Origin: Alkalispirochaeta sp.
GTDB lineage: Bacteria > Spirochaetota > Spirochaetia > DSM-27196 > Alkalispirochaetaceae
NCBI GenBank assembly: GCA_965601925.1
Contig: OZ271854.1
Coordinates: forward strand, 2,144,001-2,208,000
Direction: 5' to 3'
DNA: 64,000 nucleotides
The notes beneath the pieces are model-generated. The model did no database searches, was not told where the DNA came from, and saw only the letters and a list, made by a program, of their open reading frames with translations. The position numbers and the translations under genes are program-made. Positions 43,224-51,624 of the stretch are shown here, one piece after another (the stretch's first letter is position 1; each line of letters opens with the position of its first letter).

Positions 43224-43342
43224 CGCACCGGAGGTGCGACACGAATCCTCGTTTTCCTGTGTCAAGGTCGAACGCAGAGAGCCCGAAGGGCTTGGCCTTT
43301 ACACAGGGAAACGAGGACGTAGAATGAAAAAACTGCGGGAGG
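43224..43342 (+). promoter_or_regulatory. Conserved hairpin element, copy B (Frpo/ssi-like candidate)
   Basis: TCCTCGTTTTCCTGTGTCAAGG / CCTTTACACAGGGAAACGAGGA stem; TTTACA-16 nt-TAGAAT. Confidence 0.55.
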
Positions 43343-43413
43343 AAATCCTGGTTTAGGCAATTACGCGAAATAGGCCGATTCGGTTTTTGCTTGTGCCGCC
43401 CATCGATGCGTTA

Positions 43414-43812
43414 CTATTTCGCCCAGTTTTCGATATCCAGGCCGTTTATTCGCTCGAAGTGTTTTTGATTGTTCGTTACCAATATCAAATTGTGAGTGAG
43501 CGCCGTTGCAGCGATCAGCAGATCCATATCGGCGACAATATTTCCTTGCTTCTCTAATGACGTTTTGATTTCTCCGAATGTCTCAACCACGGCGGGGGTG
43601 ATGTCTATGATCGGAAACAATTCAGCAATCCGGTATGCTCGAGCAAGATTCTTTTCGACTGCCTTCGATTTCTTAGCTCCGTACACAAGTTCGCCATACG
43701 TGATGACCGATAACGATTTTGGCGAGTTCCGGTATTCATGGAAATTCTGCTTCACTCGTTCATCGCCTTTCAGGCTATAAATGACGATGTCGGTATCGAT
43801 CAAATAGTTCAT
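43414..43812 (-). CDS. vapC: VapC PIN-domain toxin
   Basis: YLIDTD, GELVYG, DLLIAATA, VTNN.KHF. Confidence 0.93.
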   Translation of the reverse strand: MNYLIDTDIVIYSLKGDERVKQNFHEYRNSPKSLSVITYGELVYGAKKSKAVEKNLARAYRIAELFPIIDITPAVVETFGEIKTSLEKQGNIVADMDLLIAATALTHNLILVTNNQKHFERINGLDIENWAK

Positions 43813-44074
43813 TTGTATTTGTAAATCGCGCTGATTCAGTTCGTCCGTTTCGAATGGATTTCACAATATCTTCGGCCGATCGATCATCTTCCCAACTTCC
43901 AGATAGTTTCAGAAATTCATCAGTTGGATTGATATCGAAGGCGCGAGGGAGGGACAGATATTTTTCCAGGATATGGACGACTTCTTGACTGATTGAACGT
44001 CGTTCTTTTGATGCGCGAACGCGCAACGATTCATAGAGTTTTTCGTCGATATCACGTACTTGCAAATTGGCCAT
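43775..44074 (-). CDS. FitA-like RHH antitoxin
   Basis: MANLQVRDIDEKLYE.L..RA....RSISQEV; GGAG RBS. Confidence 0.88.
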   Translation of the reverse strand: MANLQVRDIDEKLYESLRVRASKERRSISQEVVHILEKYLSLPRAFDINPTDEFLKLSGSWEDDRSAEDIVKSIRNGRTESARFTNTNELFDRYRHRHL

Positions 44075-44240
44075 AGGTTCTTCTCCGAGTCTCAGTATAC
44101 ATCCATTCATGAATTATGTGTAGATTTGCATGATTCCCATCGTGTGGTCTGGGAATTACGATTAAAGCATTCTCGCACCAGCATTTTGATCTGGTAGAGG
44201 CTATTTCTTGGTGATTTGCGCTTAGGCTCCGCCGGGCGCA

Positions 44241-44362
44241 ATGTAACACCGAGCTGACCTGCAAGATGCGGCCCGGAGTCGCGAAGTGACGGAGGGATTG
44301 GCGCGTGCCTTGCGCATCGCAAGGCGCGTGACAAAGCAGATTGACTGGTCCAGCGTTATGTT
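44241..44362 (-). repeat. Long-type attC site, IS inserted at R''
   Basis: Identical to 41013-41134; original R'' at 46025-46031. Confidence 0.88.
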
Positions 44363-46024
44363 GAGACTGTCGCACAACGCAGTCGTGGTCTGCTAGCATC
44401 GTGCCTGGGAGGAGCCAATGCCGAACTACCGAGGAAACGAGGGGCAGGATCTCATGATTCCGGTGTGCCTGGATGATCAGCTGGTGCCGGGTACCATCGA
44501 ACACGCCATCACCTGGATCGTCGACCACGAGATCGATACGTCGGTGTTCGATGCAGCCTATCACAACGACCACGGCGGTCGCCCGGCCTGTGATCCGGCC
44601 GCGCTGGTGAAGATCATCTTGTTCGCCTACTCCCGGGGCATCCTCTCCTCACGGAAGATCGAGGAAGCCTGCCGGACCAACATCGTGTTCATGGCCCTCA
44701 GTGGTGATATCCGGCCCGACCACGCCACGATCGCCCGGTTCGTTACCGGCCATCCCGCGGCGGTTCGTCGTGTGTTCCGGGATGTGCTGATGATTGCGGC
44801 ACAGGGCGATCTGATCGGTGGGGACGTGTTTGCACTGGACGGCTGCAAGATCAGCTCGAACGCCGCCCGAGAGCACGCGGGGACGCGACGGGAACTGGAG
44901 AAGAAGAGAGCGAAGCTTGAAGCACGTCTTGAGGCGATACTGCTCACTCATCGCGGCGCAGATGAGGCATGCACCTCCGATAACGACGATCAACAGGGCA
45001 GACCCGGTTCAGGGACAGCTGATCGCTACCGGGCGCAGATCGACCGCATCAAAGGATTCCTCGACGCCCATCCACCCCGCACCGGCACCAGCGGACGCGA
45101 GGTGAAATCCAACATCACCGACAATCAGAGTGCCACACTGAAAACCGGGAGTGGCTACATCCAGGGCTATAACGCGCTGGCGATGGTGGATGCGAAGCAC
45201 CAGATCGTGCTACACGCTGAACCGGTCGGTCAGATCCATGAGGCACCGCTGCTGCCACGGATGGTGCGCCGGTCACTGCATACACTGCGCAGGTTCGCAC
45301 ATCCCCAGGCCTGCACACCGACCATCCTCGCTGATACCAACTATTTCACCGAATCCAACGCCCGGTTCCTGATCGACTCTGATCTCGACGGCTATATCCC
45401 CGACCATCAGTTCCGGAATCGGGACATGCGATTCGCGGATCGGAGTCGATCGCGCCGGGCGGCACACCGGCGCTTCACCCAAGCCGATTTCCTCTACCAG
45501 AGCGACACCGACAGCTATCGTTGTCCGGCCGGCAAGACGTTGCGACGGCGCACCCGGGAGGTGGTTGCCGGGCGTCGTGGTACGCGCTATGAAGCGAAGC
45601 AATCAGACTGCAGTGCATGCGATCTCACCTCCCGCTGTCTGATCCGTACTGCAACCCGGCGTAGACTCTTCCGCGGTGACGGTCCAGCCGGGACCTATGC
45701 CCAACAGATGCGTGATCGGATCGACACCGAACGGGGTCGACGGATGTACGCCAGACGCATGGGTATCGTGGAGCCGGTCTTTGCGAACATCACCGCCACC
45801 AAGGGCATGCGACGATTCACGCTCCGAGGCCGGGCGAAGGTCCGCATTCAATGGCTCCTGTACACGCTGGTGCACAACATCGAAAAGATCGCCACCACCG
45901 GGCTGATTCATCGGTTAGTCGGAGTTTGATCCGGGTGGGTGGCGGGTTGAAGAATGCCTGGCCACGATCACTGGCCGTGAACTACTCGCTCCGCGTGGGT
46001 TCCCACGCGTTGTGCGACAGCCTC
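44363..46024 (+). mobile_element. IS1182-family element, copy 2
   Basis: Same IRs, length and GTT duplication as copy 1. Confidence 0.92.
44418..45929 (+). CDS. IS1182-family DDE transposase
   Basis: Protein identical to copy 1. Confidence 0.93.
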   Translation: MPNYRGNEGQDLMIPVCLDDQLVPGTIEHAITWIVDHEIDTSVFDAAYHNDHGGRPACDPAALVKIILFAYSRGILSSRKIEEACRTNIVFMALSGDIRPDHATIARFVTGHPAAVRRVFRDVLMIAAQGDLIGGDVFALDGCKISSNAAREHAGTRRELEKKRAKLEARLEAILLTHRGADEACTSDNDDQQGRPGSGTADRYRAQIDRIKGFLDAHPPRTGTSGREVKSNITDNQSATLKTGSGYIQGYNALAMVDAKHQIVLHAEPVGQIHEAPLLPRMVRRSLHTLRRFAHPQACTPTILADTNYFTESNARFLIDSDLDGYIPDHQFRNRDMRFADRSRSRRAAHRRFTQADFLYQSDTDSYRCPAGKTLRRRTREVVAGRRGTRYEAKQSDCSACDLTSRCLIRTATRRRLFRGDGPAGTYAQQMRDRIDTERGRRMYARRMGIVEPVFANITATKGMRRFTLRGRAKVRIQWLLYTLVHNIEKIATTGLIHRLVGV

Positions 46025-46039
46025 GTTATATGGCGGGCA

Positions 46040-48031
46040 TTAGGCGCCTTGATACCATTCTGACGGTATTAACTTGCGTCCGGCACGCCATTCCTCAACC
46101 TCATGTATATTCCCTATTTCGCCGTATATGCTTTTATCTGCGTGATCCAGAATGATGGCCTGCCATTCGCCATCACTTTCTGCCACGGCATCGGCAAGTG
46201 TACGGAAAATTTGCCTTACAGCTTGCTCATCATCTTCGTCATCGTATCGAGAATCCTCTTCTTCTACTTCCTCACCGCTCTTTACCTTAGGGAAATAGAC
46301 CTGACTTGGCTGATCAAATACGGCGAAACTCGGTACTACCGACCAGCTTTGCTCTAAAAAAAATTTTTGAAGCGCGCATATCAGAGCTAAATGGAAGGAA
46401 ACCCAGTTTGATGCGCTGCCAATTTCTGACAAATAATGCCAGTTTCTATCGGTACTTATTACCTGCATATTCAAGTCTTTAACGTTCAATGACGGTGGTG
46501 TTTCGCGGTATTTTGCTTCTACGTCTAAAGTTTGAAGATAGTTCAAAATGTATTGCGAAATACGCATTTTAGCCGCAGAGAGACGCCTTTCCACCGCTTT
46601 AGGATCAATAACTTGCAAAAGATGCTCTCGGCGGGCTACAAGAGTTGCAATACGTTCTTCGAGCTCGCCACCGGCTTGAAGCTTTTCAAATGTTTCAACC
46701 GAGGCTTTCAGATGGCCCAAGAACAAAAAAAGAGTTTTTGCCTTTTGAAACTCTTCCTTTGTTTTTTGGTCACGAAGAAACAGCGTGTCATACCGATCTC
46801 TTAGAATTCTTTGCTCCTCGATTAAGCTTTCAAGTTCTTTATTTAAACGTTCTTCTTCTCTGTCGAATGATGTCGGGATTTCCTCAACGCGCTTCGACTC
46901 GGCTTCATATTCCTCGAACACCGAAGCTATTCTTGACATTTCTTCACTACTTCTTGGATGATCATCGCTTCCACATAGAGGGCAGACCTTGGCATCAGAG
47001 GCCAGATCTGTTAGCCAGTTGGAAATATGCAACCTGTCAGAACGTCTTTTTACAGTCACGCTATACTCTGTTAGACTGGTCTTAAGCTGCTTCACGTCGT
47101 CGAGTCGTTTACGTAGCTTTGCCAATCGCTGGCTTAAATCATCCTCTTCCTTGTCTAATTCAATTAGCGCCTGACTCGCTTTTTGAAAATTACTTAACTC
47201 TGCAATTGAATAATTCGGGGCCTCTTGGACTAGTTGTCTTGCGATTAGGATTAGTTCGTCTGGGTCCGAAACATCTCGTGGGTCTCGATCGAGCAAACCA
47301 TATTGTTGGGCTATTCTGAGTTGCCCCTGTAGATTATTCGACCACGATTTTGAGTGAGCTTTCGCTCGTTCAAAATCGCGTTCAAGTGCTTTTAGACGCT
47401 GTTCGAGCTCCTGCAGTTCCTGTCTAGCTTTCAGAACCTCTATATTCTCTGCGCCCAGTATGAAAGGAAGCCAGTTGCGAAGTCGTTCGCGATGTTCATG
47501 AGCATGCGTTTTATAGAATAGGATGTTCTGATTTGCGACTATGTCTTGGCTTTGAAAGACCAACGCAACCAAATCTCGGAAGCCCAAACGTGCTTGATAG
47601 GCTTTTCTTTCGAACTCGCCCTCGAGAGAAAAATATGGCACATTGGAAATTGTGTTTAAGATGTTTTTGACCCCTTCGGGGTTCTCGTTGGCCGTTTCAA
47701 TGACGGGGGGAACTGAAATTTCCTTTGCGCGGGTCACATAGAAATTTGAAGACACCTTATTGTCTTTCGGCACGGCACGAGCGATAAGAATTTGCTCAGA
47801 TTGTGTTTGAAATGCGACACCGTACCAGGAGGCATAGTCGCGTATGACATCAATAGGCACATTACATTCTGTTGAAGCAAGACAGTAATCAATCAGTGGT
47901 ATTATTGCAGATTTTCCTGTTCGAGATGCGCCGGTTATCACGTTCAGCTTTCCTGGTACAAATTCAACAACTCTTGGTGGGAATGTTGAATCGATTGGCC
48001 AAATTAAAACTTTTAACAGTTGGAATTGCAT
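46040..48031 (-). CDS. lmuB: Lamassu/ABC-3C SMC-like ATPase (LmuB, DUF3732-like)
   Basis: Walker A GASRTGKS, coiled coils with CPLC hook, IGSASNW signature, FDQPSQVYFP, LDHA; TAATG coupling to upstream gene. Confidence 0.85.
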   Translation of the reverse strand: MQFQLLKVLIWPIDSTFPPRVVEFVPGKLNVITGASRTGKSAIIPLIDYCLASTECNVPIDVIRDYASWYGVAFQTQSEQILIARAVPKDNKVSSNFYVTRAKEISVPPVIETANENPEGVKNILNTISNVPYFSLEGEFERKAYQARLGFRDLVALVFQSQDIVANQNILFYKTHAHEHRERLRNWLPFILGAENIEVLKARQELQELEQRLKALERDFERAKAHSKSWSNNLQGQLRIAQQYGLLDRDPRDVSDPDELILIARQLVQEAPNYSIAELSNFQKASQALIELDKEEDDLSQRLAKLRKRLDDVKQLKTSLTEYSVTVKRRSDRLHISNWLTDLASDAKVCPLCGSDDHPRSSEEMSRIASVFEEYEAESKRVEEIPTSFDREEERLNKELESLIEEQRILRDRYDTLFLRDQKTKEEFQKAKTLFLFLGHLKASVETFEKLQAGGELEERIATLVARREHLLQVIDPKAVERRLSAAKMRISQYILNYLQTLDVEAKYRETPPSLNVKDLNMQVISTDRNWHYLSEIGSASNWVSFHLALICALQKFFLEQSWSVVPSFAVFDQPSQVYFPKVKSGEEVEEEDSRYDDEDDEQAVRQIFRTLADAVAESDGEWQAIILDHADKSIYGEIGNIHEVEEWRAGRKLIPSEWYQGA

Positions 48032-48534
48032 TACAAGACAACCTTCAGGTATTGTGCCGCCGATGAAACACTTATTTGGGAAAACCATTTGCCGAGAATT
48101 TGTGCTTTTTCCCCATTTTTCATATGCATTTCATTAATTAACCCTCTTTTTATATTCCCATATTCATGAATTCGTGGATAAATCTTTGCGGAATCTTTAT
48201 CCCAAACTATAAGCCCCGACTTTATTGCAATATCAATTGCCGAAATTGTTACGCTTCGCTTCTTTTTTATTCTTTCTTGTAGAGAAACCAGCAAATCGAT
48301 TTCTTTCTTCTGCTCGAAACCTCTTACGTAAGACTGAAGGCTTTTCCGGCGATTATTAACAGAAAGCAAGAAATGATCGGTTGTGAGCAGTGGATACGCC
48401 ATGAAGTGTAATAATGCCACAGGAGCGTCTCCAGTTGAATGATGACTAACGAAACCAACAGTGAAGTTCCAGAGTTGGTATGCTCCTATCACTGGAGAAT
48501 TCCAGTTTCTAACTTCATCTACTAAGCTTTCCAT
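48031..48534 (-). CDS. ABC-3C middle component (LmuC-like)
   Basis: NSP.IGA..L..F, PLL, A..LGKWF; lies between effector and ATPase. Confidence 0.8.
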   Translation of the reverse strand: MESLVDEVRNWNSPVIGAYQLWNFTVGFVSHHSTGDAPVALLHFMAYPLLTTDHFLLSVNNRRKSLQSYVRGFEQKKEIDLLVSLQERIKKKRSVTISAIDIAIKSGLIVWDKDSAKIYPRIHEYGNIKRGLINEMHMKNGEKAQILGKWFSQISVSSAAQYLKVVL

Positions 48535-48546
48535 GTTTTGCTCTCT

Positions 48547-49692
48547 CTATGCTTTTTGAATCAAGTTTTGCCAGCGTGGATGCCAACCCAGGAGTTCGTT
48601 ATCTGCTAATGTATGATACGTCCCCGCAATGGTTGAGCTTGGAGGAGGCATGTTCCTTATTGTTGCTTGATGAGTTGAGCAATCAAGTAGCAACAGTTGT
48701 CCTCGGACTTCTTCGGGTTTGTCTTGTTGAGTTAGAAAAATTCTCTTTTTTGAATGGACCCAGAACTCCGATAACTTGTTCTGAAAATCCACAGCGGAGT
48801 CCTCGTCTATGATTTCATTTTCGATCCACTTTTGACGGTTGACTTTCGCCTTTAGAAACGCAGTGACCGACTCAACAATCTCTTCTTCTGTGCAGTCAAT
48901 TAGTTCTAACTGTTTAATATATGAAGGGCGTAGCTTTAATTGCATTTTTTTCATTTTATCGTCGATAGGATCTATCAAAGTGAAATCTATCAACTCTCTT
49001 TGTCGCACACGATCAAAAAGAACGGATTTCTCTTTGTAAAAATCGTCCCAAGTAATGCAAGCTATTTGGTTTTCAGCGATCATTTCGGTCAGTGTATTGT
49101 GCAACCAGCCAGTAAGATTTTGAACAAGGAAAGGGATTTGGGTTTCAGGTACAAGTATTCGCTTTAGTTCGTCACGTACTTCATCTAAGCCCGCACCGTC
49201 TCCTATTATTAAACTAAATTTCTTAATTATTTCAATAAATAAATTTTCATTATTCAATAAATAGCTATAATATTTCCAAATATTGTGTTCATTATTAATA
49301 TCAGAGAAGCCTTTCTTGATTTCTGAAATAACTTGACGAGCGTCATCGGTATCTTTCGCAGAATTTAGTCTATTAACAAGGGCTGGCTTACCATGATTGT
49401 TGGCGTAGAGAATGAAGCATGTGGTTTCCGTGTCAATATTGCTTTCTTGAACAAGAATTGCCCAGTTATAAAATGTTTTCCAAAGATTTGTAGATCTATC
49501 TGTTAAAGGATTTCCCAGGACTGAGGACTTATCTTCCTCAGAAACCATATCTCCTTCACGAGAAGTTACAGATACATCTCCATTGAACTCAACATATACA
49601 GTTCCACCGGGGCCAGTACGCAATAAGTGAAAAAGTGCTCGAGGAATTTGGATAGAATAGCCCAGAAATTGACCAGATGCATTCGAACTCAT
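48547..49692 (-). CDS. ABC-3C effector (LmuA-like; Cap4-type nuclease N-terminus plus C-terminal domain)
   Basis: A.GQFLGY..Q, VE..GDV, EEDKS, LTDRS.NLWKT..NW; C-terminal G.YH.LAD....GWHP.W. Confidence 0.78.
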   Translation of the reverse strand: MSSNASGQFLGYSIQIPRALFHLLRTGPGGTVYVEFNGDVSVTSREGDMVSEEDKSSVLGNPLTDRSTNLWKTFYNWAILVQESNIDTETTCFILYANNHGKPALVNRLNSAKDTDDARQVISEIKKGFSDINNEHNIWKYYSYLLNNENLFIEIIKKFSLIIGDGAGLDEVRDELKRILVPETQIPFLVQNLTGWLHNTLTEMIAENQIACITWDDFYKEKSVLFDRVRQRELIDFTLIDPIDDKMKKMQLKLRPSYIKQLELIDCTEEEIVESVTAFLKAKVNRQKWIENEIIDEDSAVDFQNKLSEFWVHSKKRIFLTQQDKPEEVRGQLLLLDCSTHQATIRNMPPPSSTIAGTYHTLADNELLGWHPRWQNLIQKA

Positions 49693-49844
49693 AAATCTGC
49701 AACCTTAGTAATTCTATGCCAACCTCGTAGATAGTCAAATAGTAATATCGACGTTACAAAACCATCTCGCCAATATTAAACACATCGGGCCAGCGTCATT
49801 GTTTAGCATCCTCCATCGTGAAGAATCTTACCTGCTCTAAAGCC

Positions 49845-49961
49845 ATATAACACCGAGCTGACCTGCAAGATGCGGCCCGGAGCCGTAGGCGGAGGGATTG
49901 GCGCGGTTTTTGCGCACGCAAAAGCCGTGACAAAGCAGATTGACTGGTCCAGCGTTATGTT
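49845..49961 (-). repeat. Long-type attC site, IS inserted at R''
   Basis: R' GTTATAT; original R'' ACATAAC at 51624-51630 overlaps the upstream stop codon. Confidence 0.88.
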
Positions 49962-51623
49962 GAGACTGTCGCACAACGCAGTCGTGGTCTGCTAGCATCG
50001 TGCCTGGGAGGAGCCAATGCCGAACTACCGAGGAAACGAGGGGCAGGATCTCATGATTCCGGTGTGCCTGGATGATCAGCTGGTGCCGGGTACCATCGAA
50101 CACGCCATCACCTGGATCGTCGACCACGAGATCGATACGTCGGTGTTCGATGCAGCCTATCACAACGACCACGGCGGTCGCCCGGCCTGTGATCCGGCCG
50201 CGCTGGTGAAGATCATCTTGTTCGCCTACTCCCGGGGCATCCTCTCCTCACGGAAGATCGAGGAAGCCTGCCGGACCAACATCGTGTTCATGGCCCTCAG
50301 TGGTGATATCCGGCCCGACCACGCCACGATCGCCCGGTTCGTTACCGGCCATCCCGCGGCGGTTCGTCGTGTGTTCCGGGATGTGCTGATGATTGCGGCA
50401 CAGGGCGATCTGATCGGTGGGGACGTGTTTGCACTGGACGGCTGCAAGATCAGCTCGAACGCCGCCCGAGAGCACGCGGGGACGCGACGGGAACTGGAGA
50501 AGAAGAGAGCGAAGCTTGAAGCACGTCTTGAGGCGATACTGCTCACTCATCGCGGCGCAGATGAGGCATGCACCTCCGATAACGACGATCAACAGGGCAG
50601 ACCCGGTTCAGGGACAGCTGATCGCTACCGGGCGCAGATCGACCGCATCAAAGGATTCCTCGACGCCCATCCACCCCGCACCGGCACCAGCGGACGCGAG
50701 GTGAAATCCAACATCACCGACAATCAGAGTGCCACACTGAAAACCGGGAGTGGCTACATCCAGGGCTATAACGCGCTGGCGATGGTGGATGCGAAGCACC
50801 AGATCGTGCTACACGCTGAACCGGTCGGTCAGATCCATGAGGCACCGCTGCTGCCACGGATGGTGCGCCGGTCACTGCATACACTGCGCAGGTTCGCACA
50901 TCCCCAGGCCTGCACACCGACCATCCTCGCTGATACCAACTATTTCACCGAATCCAACGCCCGGTTCCTGATCGACTCTGATCTCGACGGCTATATCCCC
51001 GACCATCAGTTCCGGAATCGGGACATGCGATTCGCGGATCGGAGTCGATCGCGCCGGGCGGCACACCGGCGCTTCACCCAAGCCGATTTCCTCTACCAGA
51101 GCGACACCGACAGCTATCGTTGTCCGGCCGGCAAGACGTTGCGACGGCGCACCCGGGAGGTGGTTGCCGGGCGTCGTGGTACGCGCTATGAAGCGAAGCA
51201 ATCAGACTGCAGTGCATGCGATCTCACCTCCCGCTGTCTGATCCGTACTGCAACCCGGCGTAGACTCTTCCGCGGTGACGGTCCAGCCGGGACCTATGCC
51301 CAACAGATGCGTGATCGGATCGACACCGAACGGGGTCGACGGATGTACGCCAGACGCATGGGTATCGTGGAGCCGGTCTTTGCGAACATCACCGCCACCA
51401 AGGGCATGCGACGATTCACGCTCCGAGGCCGGGCGAAGGTCCGCATTCAATGGCTCCTGTACACGCTGGTGCACAACATCGAAAAGATCGCCACCACCGG
51501 GCTGATTCATCGGTTAGTCGGAGTTTGATCCGGGTGGGTGGCGGGTTGAAGAATGCCTGGCCACGATCACTGGCCGTGAACTACTCGCTCCGCGTGGGTT
51601 CCCACGCGTTGTGCGACAGCCTC
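49962..51623 (+). mobile_element. IS1182-family element, copy 3
   Basis: Same IRs, length and GTT duplication. Confidence 0.92.
50017..51528 (+). CDS. IS1182-family DDE transposase
   Basis: Protein identical to copies 1 and 2. Confidence 0.93.
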   Translation: MPNYRGNEGQDLMIPVCLDDQLVPGTIEHAITWIVDHEIDTSVFDAAYHNDHGGRPACDPAALVKIILFAYSRGILSSRKIEEACRTNIVFMALSGDIRPDHATIARFVTGHPAAVRRVFRDVLMIAAQGDLIGGDVFALDGCKISSNAAREHAGTRRELEKKRAKLEARLEAILLTHRGADEACTSDNDDQQGRPGSGTADRYRAQIDRIKGFLDAHPPRTGTSGREVKSNITDNQSATLKTGSGYIQGYNALAMVDAKHQIVLHAEPVGQIHEAPLLPRMVRRSLHTLRRFAHPQACTPTILADTNYFTESNARFLIDSDLDGYIPDHQFRNRDMRFADRSRSRRAAHRRFTQADFLYQSDTDSYRCPAGKTLRRRTREVVAGRRGTRYEAKQSDCSACDLTSRCLIRTATRRRLFRGDGPAGTYAQQMRDRIDTERGRRMYARRMGIVEPVFANITATKGMRRFTLRGRAKVRIQWLLYTLVHNIEKIATTGLIHRLVGV

Positions 51624-51624
51624 G

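Noticed and set aside
41135..46024. Composite transposon formed by IS copies around vapBC or Lamassu
   Set aside because: Each IS has its own GTT duplication, and the enclosed segments end at attC-defined boundaries rather than IS-defined ones.
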